Origin: Mesoflavibacter profundi
GTDB taxonomy: Bacteria; Bacteroidota; Bacteroidia; Chitinophagales; Saprospiraceae
Reading direction: 5' to 3'
Assembly: GCA_964225135.1 (NCBI GenBank)
Contig: CAXQNQ010000195.1
Location: forward strand, 1-46,304
Length of the DNA: 46,304 nt
Shown: piece after piece, positions 29,532-38,722 of the stretch
Layout: each line of letters begins with the position of its first letter
Position numbering within the stretch: the stretch's first letter is position 1
Notes under the pieces: model-generated
What the model was told of the DNA's origin: nothing
The model's database searches: none
What the model saw: only the letters and a program-made list of their open reading frames with translations
Position numbers and translations under genes: made by a program

Positions 29532-30227
29532 TTAGATTAGCTTAAATATGGTCCAGAGAATCTTATACCCAGCTAGTATGGTCCCCTTGATGGTGCCAGA
29601 AACTTTTGATACTCCAATACGTTGTCGATAATCTACGGGTATTTCCGTACAATTCATCCCTAGTTTTGCTGCTTTTACTTGCATTTCTACTGTCCAACCA
29701 AAATTAGGGTCTTCCATTTGAAGTTCCATAAGTTTATCGTACCTAATTGCTCGAAAAGGACCTAAATCTGTAAATGAATAGTTGTAAATCTTTTTGATTA
29801 AGGTTGTGGCTAACCAGTTTCCAAATATCTGTGGGATAGTCATAGACCCTTTTTCTAGTTTGCCTAGGGCACGGGAACCAATGACTAAATGCATATCAGC
29901 GTTTAAAATAGGATGAACTAAATCAGGTAATTGTTCTGGATGATCAGAAAAGTCTCCGTCTAGGAATACAATGATTTCAGGAAGCTTCTTTTTTTGACTG
30001 ATATAATCCATTCCTTTTAGACAGGCAGAGCCATATCCTTTTTGCTTAGCATCTACAACAGTAGCACCTGAAGCTTGAGCAACTTGTACGGTATTATCGG
30101 TGCTGTTATTGTTACAGACGATGATTTCTCTAACCCACTCTGCTGGGATAGCCTTAACGACTTTTCCTATGGAATGCTCCTCATTAAATGCCGGAATGAT
30201 TACGTCTATAGCAGCTTTCTGATTCAT
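29532..30227 (-). CDS. Family 2 glycosyltransferase, polyprenyl-phosphate sugar synthase-like (DPM1/ArnC type)
   Basis: 231 aa soluble GT-A protein with VIIPAFNEEHSIGKVV, NNNSTDNT and LDGDFSD. It is first in the three-gene minus-strand cluster. Confidence 0.8.
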   Translation of the reverse strand: MNQKAAIDVIIPAFNEEHSIGKVVKAIPAEWVREIIVCNNNSTDNTVQVAQASGATVVDAKQKGYGSACLKGMDYISQKKKLPEIIVFLDGDFSDHPEQLPDLVHPILNADMHLVIGSRALGKLEKGSMTIPQIFGNWLATTLIKKIYNYSFTDLGPFRAIRYDKLMELQMEDPNFGWTVEMQVKAAKLGMNCTEIPVDYRQRIGVSKVSGTIKGTILAGYKILWTIFKLI

Positions 30228-30299
30228 GCGTTAAAAAAAGTAAAATTAAACCATAAATTTGCTTTTGAACATTAATAAAGAACATAAATCCTATTAAGT

Positions 30300-31811
30300 T
30301 TGAAATCTATGCGGTCCACCTTACTCTACATATTTTCAGTAATAGCCCTTCTCTTGTCTATACAAGCGTGTCAGTCAGATGATGAGTTGATCACGGATAG
30401 TAGTGCAAAACTGGAGTTTTCAGTGGATACGCTTCGTTTTGATACGGTATTTACTGAATTGGGGTCAGCAACAAAGTTTATTAGGGTTTATAATAGACAC
30501 GATAATCCAATTAATATTTCGGAGATTCGCTTAGAAGCGGGTGATCAGTCATTTTTTAGAATAAATGTAGATGGAATCCCAGGAGATCCAGCTACTGATA
30601 TTGAAGTTCCAGCAAATGATAGTATCTACATTTTTGCTGAGGTGACCGTAGATCCTGACGCACCACTTTCGGTATCTCCATTTGTTATAACAGAGCGCTT
30701 ACTTTTTGAAACCAATGGTAATGAACAACAGGTTACACTAGAGGCATGGGGTCAGAATGCTAACTACATTCCGTCTAGATTTAGTAGGGGGACTTTTTCT
30801 TTATTATCCTGTGATTTTGGTGAAATCACTTGGGATGATCCCAAACCTTATGTGATATATGGTATTTTATTTATTGATAGTTGCACCTTGAATATTCCAG
30901 CAGGTACGAATGTCTATGTACATGGGGGAGTTGCTTTGGGCGAAGATGCCAATGGTTCAAATTTTGCCTATAATGACGGGATGCTATTTGTGTTACCCGA
31001 TGGAAGATTAAATATCACAGGAACTGTGGATGAGCCTGTAGTGATTCAAGGGGATAGATTGGAAGAAGTTTTTCAAGAGGAGCCTGGTCAGTGGGCTGGT
31101 ATTCGATTAAGTTCCGTAAACAATACAGTAGAATATGCTGAAGTGAAGAATGCTTTGTATGGCTTTTATGTCGATTCTGCTGCAGAACTTTCAATCAAGC
31201 ATAGTCAAATACACCATACTGCTGGTCCTGCTTTATTTGGGAGGCATGCTCGGATAGATGCTGAAAATTCCTTGTTTTATGAAAATGCAAGTCAGGCGGT
31301 GCAGTTATCCTATGGCGGGGATTATTTCTTTGATTATTGTACGCTGGCCAATTATGGATTTGATAGCCCAGCTTTGCGCTTATCGAATGGGGTTTGTCTT
31401 GACCCGCTGTGCACACAGTTTTTAACCAATAGCATTACTGCTCGTTTTAATAATTGTATCATCACAGGATCAAGGAACGACGAATTGGTGATGTCTGATT
31501 TCTTTGGCGGAAACTCTTTTTTTGATTTCAATATTCAATTTGATCATTGTATTGTTCAGGTAAAAGATATGCTTGATCCTATTGAAGGAGCTTATCCAAA
31601 CTTCTTTGAAGATTTTACAACTGATTGTATTAATACTGTTTATGGAGATACTCTTTTTGTGAGTATCAATGAAAATGACTATCAGCTTGATACGCTTTCT
31701 ATTGCCGAAGAGGCTGCTAAGGTGATCAATGGGATTTCCTTAGATCTACTAAATAGAGCGCGCGATGCAACCAATCCTGATATTGGTTGTTTTGAATATC
31801 AATATGAATAA
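30300..31811 (+). CDS. Hypothetical lipoprotein, possibly beta-helix fold
   Basis: Lipobox ALLLSIQAC|QSDD. The start is TTG at 30300 or ATG at 30309. Repetitive G/N/V-rich segments (NIPAGTNVYVHGG, LNITGTVDEPVVIQG) suggest beta-helix, but I recognise no firm motif. Confidence 0.55.
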   Translation: MKSMRSTLLYIFSVIALLLSIQACQSDDELITDSSAKLEFSVDTLRFDTVFTELGSATKFIRVYNRHDNPINISEIRLEAGDQSFFRINVDGIPGDPATDIEVPANDSIYIFAEVTVDPDAPLSVSPFVITERLLFETNGNEQQVTLEAWGQNANYIPSRFSRGTFSLLSCDFGEITWDDPKPYVIYGILFIDSCTLNIPAGTNVYVHGGVALGEDANGSNFAYNDGMLFVLPDGRLNITGTVDEPVVIQGDRLEEVFQEEPGQWAGIRLSSVNNTVEYAEVKNALYGFYVDSAAELSIKHSQIHHTAGPALFGRHARIDAENSLFYENASQAVQLSYGGDYFFDYCTLANYGFDSPALRLSNGVCLDPLCTQFLTNSITARFNNCIITGSRNDELVMSDFFGGNSFFDFNIQFDHCIVQVKDMLDPIEGAYPNFFEDFTTDCINTVYGDTLFVSINENDYQLDTLSIAEEAAKVINGISLDLLNRARDATNPDIGCFEYQYE

Positions 31812-32601
31812 AAAGGTCGTTATTCTTGGTTTAGGCTGGTTGGGGCTTCCTTTGGCAAATCAATTGCTTCGGGAGGGATATTCAGTCATTGGAACTAAGC
31901 GTAACTTACCTGATCAACTGCCGAAGAATGGTCTCCTAATTCGTACATGGCAATTAGGAGAACCTCTACCTACTGAACTCAGAAAGGCAGACTATTATAT
32001 TTTTACCCTTCCACCATCTGCTGATGAGGCATTTGTTATCAAGTCCAAGTTCTTATTTGAAGAAATACCTGCTAGTGCTACTCTTTTGTTTTGTTCATCC
32101 ACTTCTGTTTACGGCAATCAAACTGGGGTTCTACATGAAACTAGTTCTTTAGAAGGAGGAAGAAGATCTGGAGCCTCATTAGTAGAACTCGAAAATTACT
32201 TACAAACAGATTTAGGATTTAATCGAATAGTGCTGCGATTTGCTGGATTGATTGGTCCTAAAAGGCATCCAATATTTACCTTGTCAGGTCGGACCATAGA
32301 TTCCAATGAAAATCAAACCGTAAATTTGATTCATCAAGAAGATATCATAGAGATAATTTCTAAAATTCTTAGCAGATTAAGTACAACTCCATCAGTAGAT
32401 GCATATCGGGTTTTCAACTTAAGTTCAGGTGAGCAGATTTCAAAACGATTGTATTATGGGGCTTTGGCTAAGCGGTTTGGTATTCTTCCACCTACTTATG
32501 CTGATGTAGATAAAACGATCCAGCAACGCATCATAAGCAACGAAAAGATAAAAGATGAATTTGGGCATAACTTTAGATCCATATTAGATTATAAGCTCTA
32601 A
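31804..32601 (+). CDS. NAD(P)-binding Rossmann-fold protein (atypical SDR/epimerase-like)
   Basis: N-terminus is MNKKVVILGLGWLGLPLANQLLREGYSVIGTKR (GxGxxG). ATG at 31804 overlaps the previous stop by 8 nt; the ORF-track start at 31765 is probably too early. Confidence 0.6.
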   Translation: MNKKVVILGLGWLGLPLANQLLREGYSVIGTKRNLPDQLPKNGLLIRTWQLGEPLPTELRKADYYIFTLPPSADEAFVIKSKFLFEEIPASATLLFCSSTSVYGNQTGVLHETSSLEGGRRSGASLVELENYLQTDLGFNRIVLRFAGLIGPKRHPIFTLSGRTIDSNENQTVNLIHQEDIIEIISKILSRLSTTPSVDAYRVFNLSSGEQISKRLYYGALAKRFGILPPTYADVDKTIQQRIISNEKIKDEFGHNFRSILDYKL

Positions 32602-32659
32602 TAGATTCTATTTAATTATATTTACTAACCATTTTATTTCAATTCAAACAATAAAAGAA

Positions 32660-33553
32660 ATGAGAAACTTGTTTATCGCTCTTGTGGCTATGGTTTTTTC
32701 CTTAAGCGCACAAGCACAAATTACAACTCCAGCTCCATCTCCAGCATGTAAAACAACGCAGATGGTTGGTATGTGTGAAATCACATTGGAGTATTCTCGC
32801 CCAAGCATGAGAGGAAGAATTATTTTTGCTGAAAATGGTCTAGTTCCTTTCGATCAAATGTGGAGAACGGGTGCTAATAGAAACTCTATGGTTACATTCT
32901 CTACTGATGTTATGGTAGGTGATCAAGCTGTTGCAGCAGGTACATACGCTATTTTTACTATTCCTGGAACTGACGAGTGGACGATCTACTTGTATACGGA
33001 TACAGAGAATTGGGGAAATCCAGAATCTTGGGATGAAGGTAAAGTAGCTGCTACATTAACTGTTCCTGCTAATACGCAAGCTACTACTATTGAGTCCATG
33101 ATGTTTGTAGTGGATTATATTACAATGAACTCTTGTAATATAGTTTTGGCATGGGATAAAACATACGTTCGTATTCCGGTATCTATGGATACAGACGCTG
33201 TAGTTGCTGCTTCCATTAATAAAACATTGGCTGGACCAACAGCTCGTGATTATTACCTAGCAGCTCGATATTATTTAGATGCTGACCATGAAGATATGGC
33301 ACAGGCTGCTGAATGGGCTGCTAAGTCAAATGAGATGGATCCAAAATATTGGCAATTACGTGTTGAGGCTTTAATCCTTGGTAAGATGGGTAACTACAAT
33401 AGAGCTATTGAAGTTGCTCAGAGTTCAATTGCTATGGCAAAGGAAGCTGGTAACATGCAGTATGTAAAAATGAACAATGAGTCTATCGCTGAATGGAGTG
33501 CTAAGAAAGATGCTAAATCTGGAAAAGTAAAATCTGGAAGCTCAAAGATGTAA
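32660..33553 (+). CDS. DUF2911-like exported protein with C-terminal TPR-like extension
   Basis: Signal peptide, then SPACKTTQMVGMCEITLEYSRPSMRGRIIFAENGLVPFDQMWRTGAN, the pattern typical of the DUF2911 family. Confidence 0.65.
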   Translation: MRNLFIALVAMVFSLSAQAQITTPAPSPACKTTQMVGMCEITLEYSRPSMRGRIIFAENGLVPFDQMWRTGANRNSMVTFSTDVMVGDQAVAAGTYAIFTIPGTDEWTIYLYTDTENWGNPESWDEGKVAATLTVPANTQATTIESMMFVVDYITMNSCNIVLAWDKTYVRIPVSMDTDAVVAASINKTLAGPTARDYYLAARYYLDADHEDMAQAAEWAAKSNEMDPKYWQLRVEALILGKMGNYNRAIEVAQSSIAMAKEAGNMQYVKMNNESIAEWSAKKDAKSGKVKSGSSKM

Positions 33554-33554
33554 T

Positions 33555-33590
33555 AAAAAAAGGGGACTTGAATTCAAGGCCCCTTTTTTT
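33555..33590. terminator. Bidirectional rho-independent terminator (DUF2911 gene / SSS transporter)
   Basis: AAAAAAA-GGGGaCTTGAATTCAAGgCCCC-TTTTTTT. The SSS stop codon lies inside the T-tract. Confidence 0.75.
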
Positions 33591-35307
33591 ATGTTGTGCT
33601 AGAATCTAACATTGGATCAGATTCATTATTACCCATCAATTGTTGAATCAATAATGCTAGTATCAATACTAGAATCCCACCAATCAGATTTAACCAAAGA
33701 AAGGCAATTGGCGTAAATGCGTAGATACAAACGATAACGGTCTCTGTAATTATAGCCGCAACAAATACTGCATTTCCTTTTACTTGCTTCAAGAAGAAAG
33801 CAGTTAAGAAAATTCCTAGGATAGTACCGTAAAATAAGGAGCCAATAATATTTACAGCCTCAATCAGGTTATCGAATAAACTGGCAATCATAGCAAAAAA
33901 TAAGGCTACACATCCCCAAGCAACAGTAAAAACTCTACTCATGACCAAGTAATGCTTGTCTGATTCATCGGATTTGAATGCTCGCTGGTAAAAGTCCACC
34001 ATCGTAGTAGTAGCCAAAGCATTTAATTCAGAGGCTGTAGATGACATAGCTGCGGAGAAGATTACCGCAAGCAATAATCCTATTAGACCAATAGGCATAT
34101 AGTTTAGAATGAAATTGATAAAGATGTAATCTCCATCCTCTGTATCCAGATTTTCATCTGTTTGTGAGATTAAAGCTTTAGCCTCATTTCTTAAATCTTT
34201 TTCCTGTTGGTCTAATGTTTTTACCATAGCCAAACTACTCGTATAGTCAATACTATTTTCTTCACTGGCATTAAAAACACGAATAGCTGCTTGCTTTTCT
34301 TCAAAGACTACATCATATGCTGCTTCTAAGGACTGGAAAGCTACTGCATTCGGAGAGGCATATACCGCCTCTACATTGCCTGGGTTAAAGTGTATAGGAG
34401 CCTTATTGAATTGAAAAAATACAAAAACTAAAATACCAACAAAGAGTATAAATACTTGCATGGGCCCTTTGATGATACCATTAAAGATTAAGCCTAGTCT
34501 ACTTTCATTTAAGGATTTACCGGACAGGTAACGTTGAACTTGTGACTGATCAGTACCAAAGTAGGATAAGAATAAAAATACCCCAGCCAGCAAACCTGTC
34601 CAAATAGTATACTTTTCAGTAAGATCAAATTTGAAATTGATTATTTCCAACTTGTCTAATTTACCTGAAATCTGAAGGGCATCAGTGAACTGAATATCGG
34701 CTGGCAATTTGTAAATAATCATTCCAGCGGCAATGAACATCCCCGTCAGAATGACAATCATTTGTTGTTTCTGGGTTACGCTTACCGCCTTTGTTCCCCC
34801 CGCAACGGTATAGATAATCACTAGAATACCAATGAAAAGATTGGTTTGTTCTAATGGCCAACCAAGGATAGAGGACATAATTATGGCTGGTGCAAAAATG
34901 GTAATACCGGCTGCAAGTCCCCTAGAAATTAAAAACAATAAAGCAGTAAACATTCTTGTTTTTAAATCAAAGCGTCTTTCTAAATACTCATAAGCTGTGT
35001 ATACATTAAGCTTGTAGTATATGGGCAAGAAGAACACGCAAATGATGACCATGGCGATTGGCATTCCGAAATAGAATTGGGCAAACCCCATGCCATCTTG
35101 GAAGGCTTTTCCTGGTGTAGATAGGAAGGTAATGGCAGATGCTTGGGTCGCCATTATGGATAGACCAATGGTCCACCATTTTAAGTCTTTATCTCCTAAT
35201 AAGAAGCTTTTTACATTATTGACAGATCTTGTTTTCCATACCCCATACCCAACGATTCCAAATAGGGTACTTAGCATAACAATCCAATCTAGTGTGCTTA
35301 ATTCCAT
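33589..35307 (-). CDS. Sodium:solute symporter (SSS) family transporter
   Basis: 572 aa with about 13-14 TM helices, SSS-like segments (GGTKAVSVTQKQQMIV, FLSYFGTDQSQVQRYLS) and an internal soluble insert of about 90 aa. Confidence 0.88.
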   Translation of the reverse strand: MELSTLDWIVMLSTLFGIVGYGVWKTRSVNNVKSFLLGDKDLKWWTIGLSIMATQASAITFLSTPGKAFQDGMGFAQFYFGMPIAMVIICVFFLPIYYKLNVYTAYEYLERRFDLKTRMFTALLFLISRGLAAGITIFAPAIIMSSILGWPLEQTNLFIGILVIIYTVAGGTKAVSVTQKQQMIVILTGMFIAAGMIIYKLPADIQFTDALQISGKLDKLEIINFKFDLTEKYTIWTGLLAGVFLFLSYFGTDQSQVQRYLSGKSLNESRLGLIFNGIIKGPMQVFILFVGILVFVFFQFNKAPIHFNPGNVEAVYASPNAVAFQSLEAAYDVVFEEKQAAIRVFNASEENSIDYTSSLAMVKTLDQQEKDLRNEAKALISQTDENLDTEDGDYIFINFILNYMPIGLIGLLLAVIFSAAMSSTASELNALATTTMVDFYQRAFKSDESDKHYLVMSRVFTVAWGCVALFFAMIASLFDNLIEAVNIIGSLFYGTILGIFLTAFFLKQVKGNAVFVAAIITETVIVCIYAFTPIAFLWLNLIGGILVLILALLIQQLMGNNESDPMLDSSTT

Positions 35308-35312
35308 TCTAG

Positions 35313-35453
35313 TTATGCATATTGGTTAAAGAAAAAGTATAAACTACAAAGTATAATAAAGTGCAAAATCAAGGTGTAGGTATACACCCGCTTCCAAGTA
35401 CCTAAAAATGGAGGTGCTTCTTCTTGATCGTTTAATTTTGATTGATCTTCCAT
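35313..35453 (-). CDS. Unannotated 46-aa single-TM micro-ORF between the PIG-L gene and the SSS gene
   Basis: Hand translation gives MEDQSKLNDQEEAPPFLGTWKRVYTYTLILHFIILCSLYFFFNQYA*. The ATG lies 3 nt after the PIG-L stop and the TAA lies 5 nt before the SSS ATG. It is below the ORF-track length cutoff. Confidence 0.4.
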   Translation of the reverse strand: MEDQSKLNDQEEAPPFLGTWKRVYTYTLILHFIILCSLYFFFNQYA

Positions 35454-35456
35454 GTT

Positions 35457-37955
35457 TCATTGTTTGTTTAGGGCGATTAAATTGGCAAAAAGGCGATAAG
35501 CTCCAGGTACACCTGCTGGTAATTCTCTGAAGAAGGATAACCCGGTATATACATAATAACCATCTCCTAATTCTGCAACTAATAATCCTCCATCAAGAGG
35601 TTCTTCTCCTTTATCATTGGACGAAAGTATAGAAGTGTATTCTTCAGACCACTCATCGGGAAAATAAAGACCTCTCTCTTGTACCCAATTATCAAAATCA
35701 CCTGCATTTAATTTATTGGGTGTTGTCATAACTGGATGATTTGGTGCAAGTACTCTGATTTCTGCTTGCTCGTCTGATACACGTTTTCTACTGATATTCA
35801 AAGGAAATGGAGGAACCTCACTTTTAGGCATTTTTAGCCCCCATGTGGTTGTGTACTGAACGATCATGGTTCCACCTTGGCGTACATAATCAAACAGGGT
35901 TTCATTATAAAAGCGAAGGCCTTCAATGGTATTATATGCTCGAATACCTAGAACAACGGCATCGTATTTCTGTAACTCTTTTAAAGGTGTACCTACTTCT
36001 ATTTGATCCACTTGGTAACCGATTTGCTCCAGGCTTGCTGGAACTTCGTCACCTGCTCCTTTGATGTAAGCAATTTTATTTCCTGCTATAGTGAGATCAA
36101 TATTAACAGCTTTTGCTTTCGCTGGAAGTAGAATAGATTGAGTAGGGATATGGTCATACTCAATAAGCGTTAGCGAGCGATCAAATTGTTCTCCATCTGT
36201 TTCAAATACTGCTTGTAATTCTACTTCAGATGCAATGGATGGGGGGAACAACATAAACTCAACCAGTTGATTAGCTCCTTTTCGATCTAGATTAATGTCA
36301 TAAGAACCTGGTTCAGTCCTCCAGCCTTTGGGCAATTGTATTGAAACGGATCCTTTTAAATTATCCACACCCGCTTGAACAATCACATTCATTGGTTTTG
36401 GATCAGCATTTCCAAATATAAATGCAGGCTCTTCAATTCGAACAAAAGCTTTGGGTAGCACTTCAAAAGGTTGGTAAATTTCTCCTTTTACATTATCTGT
36501 GTATTTGTATTCTAAATCTTTTTCGATTCGAATATTGACGCCTTGTACTTCAAATAGGAAAGATGCCTTAAGACTTCTTGGCGTTTCAGGTAGTCCTCTC
36601 AATAATAGATTTTCTACTTGATACATTCCAAGAGCTGGATCTTCGTTTAACCAGTATGGACTCGTATAATCCATATCTGCAGGTATATCGATAAGCTTAT
36701 TGAAATTATATACCTCATTACTCGTTAATTGGAGTTGTAATAGGCTATCCTGCTCCAGGGGTAGATAATCTACTTTAATCAATTTTGTAGGGATATTTGA
36801 ACGATTGACTACCTCTACGTTAAGTCCAATAGTTGCTCCTGGAGCTGCATTTGGTACGTCCATGACTACATCAATATACAAACCCATAGCTTGACGGATG
36901 ATTTGAGTAAGGTCTTGTAGTTTTTGATTTTTCCACTTATTATCTGGCATCATCGCAATCATATCATGAACCTCCAGTAAAGCTGGAACAGAGGCTTCAG
37001 GAGCCATCAAATCGTATGTTTTTAGGATTTGTCCAATCTTTTCTCCAATTTTTTTGCCTCCCTCAACACGATTCCAAGTCATATCAATACCCTCAAATGG
37101 ATTGCTTTGATCACTAGGCATGTCTCCCTCCAGTAATTCTAAATATTCTAGGGTAGTTCCTCTGGTAGGCGTTCTTCCCATCCCTTGGCATTTATGCATA
37201 CTTCTACTTTCGGCTGCGATTTCAGTATTTGATTTGCCTAGGACAGGATAGTAGGTTCCAACATCTACAGTGCAAAGGTTAGTTTTGTCAGCTTTTTCAA
37301 ATGCTTCTCTTGATCCATAAAACCACCAAGAAGTATTCAGGAACAATCTTTGTGGAGTCCAAGGACTAGTATATTCCAATTGATCTGGGAACATTTTAGG
37401 ATTTCCTGCCATTCCAAAAGCCTCTACAGAAAGCATGGCGGAAGAAGTATGATGTCCGTGCGTAGATCCTGGAGTTCTGTGATTGAAACGATTGATGACT
37501 ACATCAGGTTGAAGTTTTCTAATGGTCCAAATAACATCCTCTAAAACCTCTGCTTTATTCCAGATATTAAGCGTTTCATCTGGATGTTTGGAGTATCCAA
37601 AGTCATTTGCTCTTGAGAATAATTGCTTTCCTCCGTCCACTCTTCTGGCTGCTAATAATTCTTGAGTTCTTATGATTCCTAATAACTCTCTAATTTCAGA
37701 TCCTATCAAGTTTTGACCACCATCTCCACGGGTTAGTGATAAGTAGGTTATGTCCAAATGTTTCTCATTAGATAAATAGGAAATCATGCGCGTATTCTCA
37801 TCGTCTGGATGTGCAGCTACAAAGAGAACTGTACCTACAGTGTTTAATTTTTGGATGTCTGTGAATATTTGACCAGCTGTGCGCTGTTTTTGTCCGAACA
37901 AGGAAAGTATGACTAGTAAGGACAATGTAAGGGTAATGGATAGTTTTTTCATCAA
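35457..37955 (-). CDS. PIG-L/LmbE family deacetylase fused to large C-terminal domains (832 aa), exported
   Basis: Signal peptide MMKKLSITLTLSLLVILSLFGQ and the PIG-L zinc motif VAAHPDDE...HxxH region (GSTHGHHTSS). The C-terminal part is ThuA/GATase1-like (DAVVLGIRAYN...GGTMIVQY). Confidence 0.8.
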   Translation of the reverse strand: MMKKLSITLTLSLLVILSLFGQKQRTAGQIFTDIQKLNTVGTVLFVAAHPDDENTRMISYLSNEKHLDITYLSLTRGDGGQNLIGSEIRELLGIIRTQELLAARRVDGGKQLFSRANDFGYSKHPDETLNIWNKAEVLEDVIWTIRKLQPDVVINRFNHRTPGSTHGHHTSSAMLSVEAFGMAGNPKMFPDQLEYTSPWTPQRLFLNTSWWFYGSREAFEKADKTNLCTVDVGTYYPVLGKSNTEIAAESRSMHKCQGMGRTPTRGTTLEYLELLEGDMPSDQSNPFEGIDMTWNRVEGGKKIGEKIGQILKTYDLMAPEASVPALLEVHDMIAMMPDNKWKNQKLQDLTQIIRQAMGLYIDVVMDVPNAAPGATIGLNVEVVNRSNIPTKLIKVDYLPLEQDSLLQLQLTSNEVYNFNKLIDIPADMDYTSPYWLNEDPALGMYQVENLLLRGLPETPRSLKASFLFEVQGVNIRIEKDLEYKYTDNVKGEIYQPFEVLPKAFVRIEEPAFIFGNADPKPMNVIVQAGVDNLKGSVSIQLPKGWRTEPGSYDINLDRKGANQLVEFMLFPPSIASEVELQAVFETDGEQFDRSLTLIEYDHIPTQSILLPAKAKAVNIDLTIAGNKIAYIKGAGDEVPASLEQIGYQVDQIEVGTPLKELQKYDAVVLGIRAYNTIEGLRFYNETLFDYVRQGGTMIVQYTTTWGLKMPKSEVPPFPLNISRKRVSDEQAEIRVLAPNHPVMTTPNKLNAGDFDNWVQERGLYFPDEWSEEYTSILSSNDKGEEPLDGGLLVAELGDGYYVYTGLSFFRELPAGVPGAYRLFANLIALNKQ

Positions 37956-38182
37956 AATCTTTTTTAGTAATCACGATCAAGTCGTGAGCAGATTGATTTG
38001 GACTAAAATAATGGAATTTCCGTTAATCCCTGTAGTCTTTTAGGCCTAATCCGCTATGATTCCAAAAAAAGGCCAATTTTGTCTGTTTCTCGAAAAAGCA
38101 GTAGTCAGGACATGCAATGTAAGGTGTAAGACACTCGTCCATTTGAATAAAATCTATCTTATTATCACAAAAACAAACACTC

Positions 38183-38722
38183 ATGAACAAAACACTTACC
38201 TTTCTGGTATTGGTATTATCCTGCCTTATAATGAGCATTCCTGCTCAAGCGCAGCAGATGAATGAAAAAAGAGTAGAACGATTTTTCAAAAAATTAGAAT
38301 TGGAAACAGAAGGCGAAGATGGAGTATGGATGGTCAACTTTGAGAATCGTTGGATATTAGTTTTTGCTGATGAAGATTCAGATAGGATGCGAATTTTTAC
38401 TCCCGTAGTTAATCGGGATGAAATTGATGAATCTGAATGGGAACGCATGCTAGAAGCAAACTTCCATACCGCATTAGACGCTAAGTATGGGCTCTACAAT
38501 GAGTATGTGATTTCTTTATTCTCCCATCCATTAAGTTACCTAGATGAATATCAATTAGAGGATGCAATGAATCAAGTGGTGAATTTAGCGGATACCTTTG
38601 GAACTTCTTATGCTAGTTCTTCTATACTTTTCGGTAAACCAGCTCATTCGTTTTACAGAGAAAAGCCAGATGAAAAAAACCTCCGAATCAATCAAAGACC
38701 CGGAGGTGATGTAAGAAATTAA
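38183..38722 (+). CDS. Hypothetical exported acidic protein, 179 aa
   Basis: Signal peptide MNKTLTFLVLVLSCLIMSIPAQAQ. It shows a weak resemblance to the YbjN/secretion-chaperone-like fold (WMVNFENRWILVFADEDSDRMRIFTPV). The function call is not secure. Confidence 0.45.
   Translation: MNKTLTFLVLVLSCLIMSIPAQAQQMNEKRVERFFKKLELETEGEDGVWMVNFENRWILVFADEDSDRMRIFTPVVNRDEIDESEWERMLEANFHTALDAKYGLYNEYVISLFSHPLSYLDEYQLEDAMNQVVNLADTFGTSYASSSILFGKPAHSFYREKPDEKNLRINQRPGGDVRN

Noticed and set aside
38023-38265. Two mutually overlapping small ORFs (71 aa on the minus strand, 69 aa on the plus strand) in the PIG-L / 179-aa gene spacer.
   Set aside because: They overlap each other and the start of the 179-aa signal-peptide gene. 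They have no plausible translation-start context or motifs, so they were treated as promoter or 5'-UTR region.
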